NCBI GenBank assembly: GCA_018398765.1
Contig: JAHBMJ010000069.1
Coordinates: 1 to 57,831, forward strand
DNA length: 57,831 bases
Direction of reading: 5' to 3'
Source: Chromera velia
Taxonomy: Eukaryota
Part shown: in pieces, positions 11,247 to 22,807 of the stretch
How positions within the stretch are numbered: position 1 is the first letter of the stretch
How the letters are laid out: each line of letters begins with the position of its first letter
Notes under the pieces: model-generated
Told to the model about the DNA's origin: nothing
Database searches by the model: none
What the model saw: the letters and a program-made list of their open reading frames with translations, nothing else
Made by a program: the position numbers and the translations under genes

Positions 11247-14200
11247 TCAAGTTCGTTCTTTCTTTCTTTCTTCCTTCCTTCCTTCCTTCCTTTCTTTCTT
11301 TCTTTCTTTCCTTCTTTCTTTCAAGTTCTTTTTTTCTTTCTTTCAAGTTCTTTCTTTCTTTCAAGTTTTTTCTTTCTTTCTTTCAAGTTCTTTCTTTCTT
11401 TCTTCCTTTCTTTCTTTCTTTCAAGTTCTTTCTTTCTTTTCTTTTCTTTTCTTTTCTTTTCTTTCTCTCGCTCTCTCTCTCTCCCTCTCTCTCTCTCTTT
11501 CTTTTTTTCTTTCTTTCTTTCTTTCTTTCTTTTTTTCTTTCTCTCTGCCTTTTGCGCTCTCTGGATGGCTGCCTGCCAGCCTCTCGTTTTGGTTTCTAGC
11601 TGTGTCCGTTGGCGGCACATTTCCTTCGGTTTGTTGCTTTTGATCTGCACATCCTTCGCGAAAATCTTCCCATAATTCTGCCTGCGTGCTGTGCTTTGCG
11701 CAATTGCATTCGCTTTCCCCTTCAGACCTCAAAAGAAGTTGCTCCACCTTCATGTAATGTATCTTTTCTCTGTTCCACTTTCTCTGCTTACCAAAATGTG
11801 CTTACAGTGGCTTGAAGAACTATTTGACTCAGGCGCTAGGCTAAATGATTTTTGGGTGGCATGCCCTGTGTGGGTGGTCCAGATGGTTCTTCAAATTGGG
11901 CCGGGCTCTTTTCCCTCCTTGCAGCTGCGAGTGATGAACTTTCCGGCTGACGAAGTCCAAGAGGCAGTCATGGCGTCACGAGAGCCCGCGCTCGTCTTCC
12001 ATCCGCTCTTCAAATCCGCTGTCAGATGGAAGTGGGACACATATGGGAGGAGGTCGGTCTGGCGTTTTTGCTTTTTTCAGTGAGACACTTGTCCTTCCTT
12101 CACGTGTGTCTCTTCTTGTCTAGCTCTTCCTTGCCACTGAGTGGGAATAACATATGCACAAAAACTAAATATTTTGAGCCGCACGTCACCTAGATGCATC
12201 CAATACTGAAGTGCAGAAAGGGGAACATGAAGAAGAATCCATTAATGAGATTGAGTGAATGAATAAAATAGCGTGACTGATTCAGTTTATCCACTGTAGG
12301 GCCACTTCATACGTTGACACTCCTTCCTTGTTGTAGCGTCTAGCTGCATCCATGACTTCTTTGGCATGCTTGAATGAATGCGTATGCGTGCAGGTTGGCA
12401 ACTGCAGAAACGTTTTTGATGATTCTGTTTCTGACAATTTACATTGCGTGGGGGTCGCTTCTTCTCGGATGCCCCCCCGCTCTCCCCCTACCTGGGAACG
12501 AGGCCGAATATGATAAGATCTTTTTGATGTGTCCCTCCATCACAACATCCGATGACTTGTGGAAGCTGGGTCTAGTTCATCTCGCAATGACTATTCCGAT
12601 GCTGGGTCTGACAAGCATTTACGTCTTCAAAGAGCTCCAGGAGGGTATCAGCATCGAGTACTTTCACGACATCTTCAACGTGATTGACTTCGTCGGTCTG
12701 TTTCTGACAATCGGACTGGCGCTTGCAGACATCGCTCTTCGTTGGATTGCAATCGGAACCAACGACGTACTCGAAGCGACGAAACAGCAACACTGGGCCT
12801 TCCTTTACTTGGCCTCGGTTGCCCTTCTTCTGCACTTTATCCGGTTGAATGAAAAGTACAGAGCTTTCCGGGTGTTTGGCACATATGTGCGGGCGCTCCT
12901 CCAGATTTTCTCTGACATGGGGGGGTTCGTGTTTCTGCTGTTCACAATCGTGGCGGCGTTCTCGATCTCCTTCTTCTGGCTGTACAACGCGGAGTCAGAG
13001 GCACCCGACAGAGGCAACGCAGGGGGAATGCAAATCGAGTGAGTGAGTGAGTGGGTGGGTGGGTGTGTCGAGTTAGTAGACTTGTCTAGCTCTCAGTCTG
13101 TCTATCTGTCTCTGTGCCTGATGTTTTATCGATTTTTGTGTCTTTTCGTTTCTTTTTTTGTCTGACTGCCTGGCTGTCGTTTTGTCTGCCACTGTTGGCG
13201 CCGGCGCCGTTAAAGAAAAGGAGTCAGAAAGAAGAAAGAATGACCCGAGAGAAAGAAAGGATCTTACAATTTTTCTGTCAGTCAGACAGAGAGACAGCGA
13301 GCGAGAGAGAAATTGAGCAAGTGAGTGACTGAGCAAGTGAGCGTGTGGAGCAGAAAAAAATCAGAGAGAGTTTTCAGCTGTCCCCTTGAACACTTTGACG
13401 GCCTTTCTGCGTGTTTCTCTTTTTTTCTTTGCAGCTTTTCGTTCTTCCGAGCCTTGACTTTTGGCATCCTCGCGCAGTATTCTTTCGACGACCTCGCCGG
13501 GTTCCCTCGTTTTCTGTCCCTCCTCATCATTCTGCTGTGGTTCGTCACACAGGTACGTCAGTTCAGTCATCTGGTCAGTGGGTCTCACATTCAGCCACCT
13601 GCAAGTCTTTAAAAGCCTTCTCGTGTTTTCTTTGCATTTGTGTGTGAAGCTAAAGAACGTGCATACTCTGTGCACAAAGAACCAAAAGAGAATTCTGAGT
13701 GCATCTTGTACGGTCTGTCTGTGTTCATAATTAAGCCTGTTGGTAGACGGAAGGAAAGAAAACCCCGTGATCAGATGTTCATCTTGATCGTTCGGCCAGA
13801 CCGGCGCATGTTCACGCATGCAAGCCGCCTGCAGGCAGGTGTGAATGAATTGATGTTTTGTTTTTGTTTTCATTTTCTCTCTGCTATCACGGCCTCATCG
13901 ATCGCCAGAGTCCCCGCTCCATCGTGCAATCACATCGCGTGCCAGCGGCCTCTACTTGATCCCCACTGCAGTCCCCCCTTTCTTCTTGCTGCATGGACCA
14001 CCTGACAACCCTCCACCGACTGATTCATTGCACTGTTTGCAGGTTGTGATGCTCAACTCGTTGATCGCGCTGGTCTCAGAAAGCTGGGCCACAATCACGG
14101 GACAGAGGGAACTGAACTGTCTCATGTGAGTGGGGGTGGGTGGGTAGATGCGCGGATAAGAGTTCAGTGCATACATGTCACAGCAGCCTCGTGAGTGAAT

Positions 14201-15032
14201 GTGCATAGATGAAAAGACAGATGCAGGGAGGCACAGCGGCTGTCGCCCTCTCTCGTTCGTTTTCTCTTTTTTCTGTCTCTTTCCGATAGCCTTCGCTGGC
14301 GTGAGTTGAGGATCGAAAATCCACTCTTCGATGTTTGTGTGGAATTAATTGCGTAGTCAGCCTCGAAGGCCGCAGGCATGTATGTAGCCTTTCCTTGCGA
14401 GGCCTTTCCTTCTTTCATCCAGACTCGCCGTATACCTGCTCTTCCCTCCAAACCCTTCCCTTTCTTTTTTTTCATTTTCATCTTCCTTCTCTACTGTTGC
14501 ATGCAGCGAGAGGGGGACGCTGTTGCAGAATTTGGATTCTTTTTGGCGAAAAGGGAAGGGAATGCCTCGGATGCTCTTTGTGGCAGAGAGGGGAGATGCG
14601 GACATGCTGGAACTCCACCGGGACACGCAGAGAGAGGAGGAGGAACACAAGAAGAGAGTTGAAAGTTCCATTTCCGCCCTCTCTTCCGAAGTCTCGGAAT
14701 TAAAAAAAATCGTCGAAACCCTCGCACCCTCCCCGGGCTCTGCCCTCTCTCGATCGAAAACTGGAGGGAAGGGGGGACTAGGCCCGGGGGGCCCGGGGGG
14801 TCCCAGAGGGTCCGTGGCTTCTTTTTTGACAGCAGACGACATTTCAATTCGAGAGAGGACTTTTGACATCCAGAGCAACCTGGCCCCTCCTGACGAGAGG
14901 AGGGTCACACAGCAGGGCAATCCAACCATGAAGGTCGACAGCACGCTGATGTCTCCTGTGCCCATCTCTGCAGACAGACGGTCGCCAAGCAGAGGACCGA
15001 GACGACCGGAGGATGATAGTCCTGGGCCGTGA
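1950..15032 (+). CDS. WD40-repeat / ankyrin-like / TRP-type (6-TM ion transport) cation channel, ~1584 aa, 14 exons
   Basis: Exons with GT-AG junctions and consistent phases: 1950-2007, 2712-3102, 3572-4019, 4506-4682, 5154-5462, 5739-6034, 6392-7252, 7894-8194, 8660-9073, 11925-12052, 12394-13038, 13435-13552, 14043-14125, 14507-15032 (4755 nt). WD40-like motifs: [42 protein letters not shown]. Ankyrin-like: [19 protein letters not shown]-like: [11 protein letters not shown] pre-S1, DIFNVIDF (S3), [18 protein letters not shown] (S4-S5), [15 protein letters not shown] (S6), then a coiled coil. Confidence 0.85.
2250..2710. repeat. (CTGC)n/(CTGT)n tetranucleotide microsatellite in intron 1
   Basis: Visible repeat running up to the acceptor at 2710-2711. 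Confidence 0.9.
3143..3385. repeat. (GT)n, (GA)n and (CAGA)n microsatellites in intron 2
   Basis: Visible repeats. Confidence 0.9.
9095..11545. repeat. ~2.4-kb (TTTC)n polypyrimidine satellite punctuated by TTCAAG, in intron 9 of the channel gene
   Basis: Visible; lies between the donor at 9074 and the acceptor at 11923-11924. Confidence 0.95.
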
Positions 15033-15038
15033 GAGAGC

Positions 15039-15076
<38 letters not shown>

Positions 15077-16370
15077 GGGAAACGGAAATTTTAATGGGGT
15101 GGGGGGAGGCAGAGAACCTGCGGGGGAAGCGGTTGTGGGCAAAGTACGGCGACTAGGATTTTGAGGCCGGGGCTGAGCCTCGGGTCAAGAAACTTTATGC
15201 AAATATGAACGAATGAATGTTGTTTTTTCTCCCATATGCACGGCACTGCTTGCACCGCAGGCTAATTATCATCACATAGAAATCAAGACAATGAAGGAGC
15301 CGACCGCCGATGATGCATTGTGAGCCTCCTAGTGAGGCTCTGTTTTTAAAAAAGTTGTCCGCTCACTCACAGCTGCTTGCAGCAAAAAAAAGTAATAAAA
15401 AAAACTTGGACATCTTCTTCTTCTTCATTGATGTAGCAACGTCGCTGCTAGCGTCGCTGTAACGGATGCTGCTGTTGCGTTTGGAAGACCATTCAAAAAA
15501 AGGAGTTGGCAAATTGAGGGGTCTGACGCTATATGTTTTACTTAATTTAATACCTTTATGAAGTTATATGAACTCAATTTTATTTCATTATTACAGTGAT
15601 CAACATTTGATTTGGATATATTTGGATTCTTTATTATTTAAAGTAAGATTTAAATAGGTGCACAACATCAGTGGCTTTATATAATTAAATGGTAACTTTA
15701 ATGGTTTTTGTTTTTTCAAATCAACTACAACGATATGCCAGATAATATATGTGTAAACTTTGAGTTTAATTATGATAAAAATAATGACTATTATTGAATT
15801 GAATTGAGTTGGTTGAAGCTGAGGAGCCACGTACCATTTATAGGCGCTGGCAAGTATGAAATTATATAACAAAACCTTTATAAGACCTCCATAAGACAAA
15901 ACGGCGACAGTGCTCAAGCTCTAGGGGACCACTAAATCACTTATTACTTATGTTATTGAAATAAACATTCTTCAACCGATACCTAACAGTGGACCGCGGG
16001 GATTCCCGGAATATAAAATCCCATCCTAGATATCCTATCATATCCTTAATTCTATTTTTTTAGTTGTTTCAAATTAATTGCTTTAATTTTTAAATTAAAA
16101 ATTAAAAAGGGTTAAAGAACTAGTTTTTTTACTTTAATAGAAATTAAATTTACTAGCTTATTCAACAGTTCTTTCAAAGTTCCTTGTTTTTTAAATTGAT
16201 TCAACTTTTGATGCTTATATATAAGTGACGTCAATTTAATTGGCGCGGGAGGCCAATCCTCCGGATATAAATCCTAATCCTAATCCCAATTAAAATTAAA
16301 TCGAATTAAAAAAGATATATCAAAAAGTTGACAAAAACTCTGTAACAAGAGTTGATAGAAAGGTGTTGGC

Positions 16371-17245
16371 TAGGGCTGGGAAAAGCTTCATTGAGAAAAG
16401 GTTCAAATCTGAAAAAGTGAACCTGTTGAACCTGTTTTGAACCTGTTGAACCTGTTGAACCTGTTTTGAACCTGTTTTGAACCTGTTTTGAAGGCCAGAC
16501 GCGCGGCCACTGGCACAAGGCCGGCCAGGCCCGCGCCGCCCGCGGCCCATATAGGTGAAATAAGGAGCCGGAGCCACGCGCACAGCAACTGTCCCCAGCC
16601 GGTTCAATCTATTGTGTTGGACAGACATATGTCAGCATATGTCAGCATCATATGTCAGTATGAAAACTCATGCTGACGGTTGCAGAAGTGAAGAAGTACT
16701 CGTGACTTACCAAGTTTTCCACTTGCAAGGCCCCGCATCAAAACGGACAGTCCGGAGGGGGGGTAACAGGCTGGGCCGGGAGCAGCAGGTTAAAGAGGCA
16801 GCGGTGCACGGAGAGGGAGGGGGGGAGCGGAGGCCGTGGGGCAACCGGTGAGCAGATGAAAGAAAGAAAAAAATGCTGTGATGGTCTTATGTTGACTAAA
16901 TTGTCATGATTGATACGATCATATAAATTTAATTATAGCATTTTCCAATTTTTTTAGGCTTTTTTGATTACCAATTTTTGACTATAAACAGTGAATAACT
17001 TGAGACTAGCACCTAATATGAGCATAAATATTGATTTAAACTATTTAAAAACACTACTAAGGCATAGATTCTATAATAAAACGTTCTAAAAATGCATTAA
17101 AGCCTAATTTAAAGGCATAAAATAACACAAAAAAATGAGGTTTCTATTAATCAAAAGTGAACCTGTTTTTGAACCTGTTTTTGAACCTGATTCAGGTTCA
17201 TTACTTCGAAGTGAACCTTGAACCTTGAACCTTTTCCTAGCACTA
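16371..17245. mobile_element. hAT-like non-autonomous element with GAACCT subterminal repeats
   Basis: Left end TAGGGCTGGGAAAAG; right end CTTTTCCTAGCACTA (reverse complement TAGTGCTAGGAAAAG). GAACCTGTT(TT) arrays at 16419-16492 and 17158-17232. No TSD seen. Confidence 0.55.
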
Positions 17246-17413
17246 AGTACTATACTACTACTTACTACTCTAGTAGGTATTACTACTGCAGGCGACTACT
17301 GTACGACTAGCTGTACAATCGATATGATCAATACATAACTACAGTGTCACTGCATATTAAATTTACATATAAATTTAATTTAAAATTTAAAAACTTTAAT
17401 ACTGATAGCTAGA

Positions 17414-18380
17414 CTAGGGCATGCACTCCAAAAAAAAAAAAAATAAAACGGGTTTTGAATTTTTGGATTTTTTTTTTTAATGACTCGACATGAACTTTTA
17501 TCTAGCCAGTTACCCAGCGTTACCCAGCGTTTGATCTGGCAGGTGAACAAATCTGTCGAAGTTGGTTCCTGCGGGCTGTGTCTTTGCTTCTTTGAGTCCG
17601 CGGGTTGTTACTGTTGTGACCTGAATTTGCTAGACTGAATGTAAAATATCAATAGGCCCTGGCATGATTAGGGTCGTTATTCATAGCATTACAGCTAACC
17701 TCCTTGTACTTTTCTATCTGTCTGTGTAGTTTTTTTTATCTGACTTTAAGGGTGGAGGCGCCGTAATAGGTCAACCTAGTTAGTGAAAAGGAAAGAAATG
17801 TGTCATAATAATATCTATGTGGCATCAAACAGACTGATAGTGTGTATCCAACTGTGTCTCTAAGGGTTTTGTCAGATACTTTACGACTGCTATGAAGCTT
17901 CTGAGCAGTTGTTTTATCAGTTTGGATCATTGGTCATGTTCTCCAACTTTCTTTTATCATTCTTTTCTGGACATTTCTTCTGTTTCAAACAGTAAAATTG
18001 TTGTGCGTCTCCAGAAATTTAGGGCGTACGCCTTAGATAGTTTAGCACTACGTATGTCGGTACATCTGTTGGCACCTCAGCCGGCAGCTCAACCAGCAGG
18101 CGTGCATGCGCTCACAATGCTCGGCCTTCAGTTCGGGCCCGGCCGCGCACATCTGAGGCCGACCCCAGCCGCGCGCGGAGCCCTTTGCATACAAAATAAG
18201 GAGGCTATAACAATAGTACCACTGCATAAAAGTGCTAGACGGACTTTAGATTGTCACAAACTAGGTTACAAATTGTCTAGCAAATTATCTTTCAGAAAAA
18301 GTTTCATATGTTTGTCTTCTAAAAAAAAAAACTAAAAGTCTTTTCACTTTTTTTTTTTTTTTTAAGAATGCATGCCCTAG
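17414..18380. mobile_element. Non-autonomous hAT-like element/MITE with 12-bp TIR and 8-bp TSD
   Basis: CTAGGGCATGCA...TGCATGCCCTAG, each with an adjacent internal A/T run. Flanked by TAGCTAGA at 17406-17413 and 18381-18388. No coding capacity. Confidence 0.75.
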
Positions 18381-18437
18381 TAGCTAGACTTATATACTGG
18401 TTATGTCCGAGTCTACACTGACACTAAGGAACATATC

Positions 18438-18438
18438 T

Positions 18439-18475
<37 letters not shown>

Positions 18476-18476
18476 C
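18438..18476. repeat. (TCAA)n microsatellite
   Basis: Visible repeat. Confidence 0.9.
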
Positions 18477-19416
18477 TAAAGTAAAACTATATCTAGAATT
18501 CGATCTAGCTAGAATTTAACATACGCTCATAAATCGATATCATCATTATATTTTAAATATATAATCATTAATTTATTTGGTATATAAATCACCGTATATC
18601 AGAGGGGTATCAGAAAGTAGGGTGCTCAGACTGGAACACATGCAGAAGATAAATCTAGGGATAAAAATTTTGTTTTCTTATGTATGCAAGGCATCAATTT
18701 TTAAAAATATTTATTCGATTTTGTTGTATTACATAACAATGCATATGAATTACACAAACTAAAATTTTTACGATTAATTGTTGAAATTGTATTCTGTTGG
18801 TTGTGAATCACGATTCTATGAACTAAGTTTGAAGTTTGCACGCACTCAAATGTATCGTTGTTTTGCTTTTTTAGCAAATTTTTACGGATTTCTCACTTTG
18901 AGAGACCTCGGCCGTCTCAGGCGGGCGGCAGCTATCCTCCGGTGGGTACTCAGTGCAGTGTACTAATACGCTCGTCTACGCCCGTCCCTGATTCCCCCCC
19001 ACCCTCCTTCTGAGGCGATGGGGCAAAGCATCGGTCTGCAGGCCGTCCCTCCACCTCAACCCTCCCCCTCCCTACTTCTGTCCATCACCCCAGCTGGAGA
19101 AGACTTCTGCCTCTTTCCGGCGGATCCCTGAGGACTGAAATGTCAAATGACGTCGTCAACCGATTCTGCTGCATGGGATGTCATCACGGTGAACTCTCCC
19201 ACAGACCCGCTCCAACAAATTAATCAACGCTTGCTTTTATTATCCACATTCCTGGCCGCACCTCACTCCGTCACCACAGTCTTTTCACTAAACTACTAAC
19301 CGAAACTAGACAAAAACGTCGATAGGGACTAACAGGAACTGGACGAAAGGAGGAGGAGGTGCGGAACGAGAGAAGGTCGATGGGAGACGGAATCGACGGA
19401 GACAAGACGAAAGGAG

Positions 19417-20863
19417 TCACAAAGCTCTGAGAGAGGGAAATGGTGTTTTGTATTTTGACCCCTCTGCCCCCTCCTCTGCACTATCCGCTGCATTTATCTT
19501 TGGCAGACGGAATAGGGGATCCTGTAGGAAGCCTGAGAGAGGAAGGTCGAGCTCTGAAAACACGTTCTTCGATGATGGACTGACGGAGCTTCCCTCCTCC
19601 CACAAGAGCCCTACTTTATTCAGGTTCTTCAATCCCCCGCCCGACTCCCCCCACGTGCTTTCGGTGTTGGTTGGAAGATTGGAAGGAAATTTAACGTTGA
19701 GCTCAGTAGGCACAGGCTGGAAGATGGGGGCTTGGCGGAATTTGGCGTCTTTCGGAAAGAAAGAAGGGAGCTCGGCTATCTTAGATAGGGGGGTTGACGC
19801 CAGAGCAAGCTTGGTCGCTCTAGCCCAACTCAGAGGAAGCGGACTCTTTGTTTCTGCCCCCTCTAGGTCTTTTTCTTTCTCCTTGTCGCCTTCCTGTCCG
19901 GTCTCCTTGTAGAAGCCTTCCAGCCATTTCTGTGCATCCGGATATTCTCCACTTGCAACAACACCGAGAAGAGACATGAACTGATTTGCAGCAATGCGCA
20001 GAGGGGGGGGTAGGAGGGCTTCTCCCTTTTCCATCAGTTTGATTGCGTGAACAGCGTGGGGTGGGAGATAGGGGAAATCTTTGAGGATATCTGAAGGCAG
20101 GGGGGTGGTGCAGGTCTCGGATAGAAACAATTTGCCTTCCTCCTCAAGCCTTCGGTCTTGAGGTAAAGTTGAGAAAACGTAAATACGGCCTGTGGGATTC
20201 CTTCTCTCATCAAGATATTCTCGTGGACAGTGAACAACAAAACCTGGGGGCTCGACGACAAAGAAAGCATCCAAATTCAGTGACCTCCTTATTCCGATCC
20301 TATCGAGGAGCTTCTTTGTGGAGCTCTCTTCAGGAAGAGACACAACTGGAATGTCCGCAAGTCGCATGGACTCTTTTTCTTTCCTGTCAGCTTTCTTTTC
20401 GTCTCTCTCTTCTTTCTTCTCTGTTTCTTCGTCTTTCCCGTCCTCCTTCCCGTTATCCGGGCGCGCATTTCGAGAGACAGGGTTCTCCAATGTGTCAAGA
20501 CCAGAAAAGGAATTCAGAGTTCGGAACAAATCGGCTGGGGAGTGAACATCTGGATGTGACTTTGCTTCCCATTGGGGTTTGTTGTCCTCCTTCTTCGGTT
20601 CCTTCTTGTCCTCCTCCTCCTTCTTCTCCTTTGGCAATTTGCCCTTTTTTCTCAATTTCTCCTCAGGTCTCCGAAGGACCCAGTCCTCGAACACATCTGC
20701 ACGTATATAAACAAGTTTTCATAATTCTTATCATTCAATCACAGTGTCATGGAGCTGTTTTGGCGGGGAGATTGCAAAGGAGCGGCAAGAGTCTCCGCAG
20801 AACGGCAGAGAAACGCAGGTGGGGATGCGATAAGCAAATGGACGGTCTAAGAGAAAAAGAGTG

Positions 20864-20901
<38 letters not shown>

Positions 20902-20909
20902 CACACACG

Positions 20910-20947
<38 letters not shown>

Positions 20948-22807
20948 TAGCTGACGGACGGACGAGCTCAACAATCGAATCAACACAGGTAGCGAGAGAA
21001 AGAAGCATGAAAACGAAAGCGTCTGCGAGGCAACCAACGGCATCTTCTAGACAACTAGTCCGACCTGGAAGAAAGGTAAGTGGAGTGATTGTTGTTCGGA
21101 TCGATGCTGTCCAACTCGGAATGAAGGTGAAGGAAGTCGTGAACAGCAACGAGACGCCGCTGTTGCCAGTCGGTGCAAAGTCATACTCGATTCCGAAGTT
21201 CATTACTGGCCCCACTGTCAAATCGGGCGCAAAGTGGACTTCGTTTCCCGTCACCATGTTAAGGTTCAATGTCGTCATCGGGGCCCATGCCGCCTGCGGG
21301 AACAGAAAAGATGTGTGCTTCACTCCATGAAAAGTACACAGGCCGAGGAGTGTAAATTGGAAGGTTCTAGGCAGAGCTCAGAAGACAGAAGAAAGCGAAG
21401 GGACTCCATTCCTTCCTTCCACGTGTTTCCTTTCACGCTGACCTGGAATCCAAAGTTGAGGCTGATGCCGCAATCGAAAATGGGTGCGAATGTGTACTGG
21501 GGACCGCAGTTCATTCCCCACGAAACCGTTTTCTCTGGACCCCAACTGTTGCTCGGCACGTCCTTGCACGGATCGGCAAAGTCTGGCCACTCGGCCTGCG
21601 TGCCCCTCTCTCCATAACGGTCAGGGGGGGCCGGTAATGACCCGTACATTCTCTCCTCAAACAAGTCTTCCGCAGACCCAAATTGCACTCCCGTGAGGGA
21701 AGAAAAGTCAGAACCGTGGGATGATAGTTGGTTCTCTGCATGGGTTACATTCAAATTTAATTCATGCAAGTAAATCAAGTCTTCCACTTCCCCCTCCCCT
21801 CTTCTTTCCTGAAGACGACGAATGGAGGCATGGAGACGTCGGTGTCGAATTCGCAATCGCCGTCTCATGCGCTCCTGTTCCGTCTCGGGGACAGCTTTCC
21901 ACACAAGCCACCCCTCTCTGTCGGCCTGCATTCGAGCTTCCATTCTACCCACCGCCCCGTCCTCTACCTTTGCAACAGGCCCGAGGGGGTGATCACAGTC
22001 CCACCCCTCAGGCCCCCCATTCTCCCGCCGAAGCTCCTCTGAGGCCCAAGCGTCGTCAAACAGATCTAAAAAAGCCTCTGCACTCTCTGCAATTTGTTCT
22101 TCATCATCCTCTACACGAGAGGAAGCAGACGAAGATGAAGAAAGACCATCAAAAATCGGAACAGTGCTACTGCTACTGCTGCCGGACGATGCGGAATCGG
22201 AATAAACAGGACGGAAGTCCATTGCTGCTTCTTTGCAAGGGCCTTCCATGAGAGACTTGACAACATTCACATGCTCAGCGGTACTGAAGCCCATGACTGC
22301 AGATGCACTCGTGCCTAGTGGCTCCAAGATAGGCGCATCATGATGATCATCTTCTTTCAAAAATCCTGCTGCATCTCCTTTTTCTTTCAATCTTCTCAGC
22401 CTCCTTCTACGTGTCCTCTCCCGCCCTGCTTGCAAGTGCAGACAGTCAGCCAGGTTACGTCTCTTGTCCTTCCTTCCAACCTCCCAAGGCTCATGGGCGT
22501 CCCAGCCAATCTTGTGCGGCGCCTCCAGGACTCTTCTCTGAAAGACCTGAGGACTCACTTCGGACAGCCGCCTCACACCCCACCGTTCGGTATTCTCTAG
22601 AAGCTCCGACCCCCTCGGTGTCGGGCAGGAGCCCTCCAACAGGCACCTGGCGTATCCCGGGAACCGGCTGTTTGCAAAACACTGGTATCCCTCTACTGTG
22701 CAGGTCCTCGAATAAAAACAATTGTCCCAAGGCCAAACAGGATGGGGGCCAGAGGAGGCTTTCATTTCGTCTGTCACCTTCTCTTTCTCTATGCACTGCT
22801 TCAGATA
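19417..22807 (-). CDS. Multi-exon hypothetical protein (Cys-rich module, beta-rich middle, charged C-terminus); 5' exons unresolved
   Basis: Phase-consistent exons 22807-21443, 21293-21065, 20696-19417 with GT-AG junctions. A further Cys-rich candidate exon (~23439-23339, SPCTYTGECDEDAAC) may belong upstream. Confidence 0.7.

Noticed and set aside
9022..11675. 873-aa and 865-aa F/L/S-rich ORFs, and K/E/R-rich antisense ORFs
   Set aside because: Translations of the TTTC satellite, which lacks stops; it lies inside a well-defined intron.
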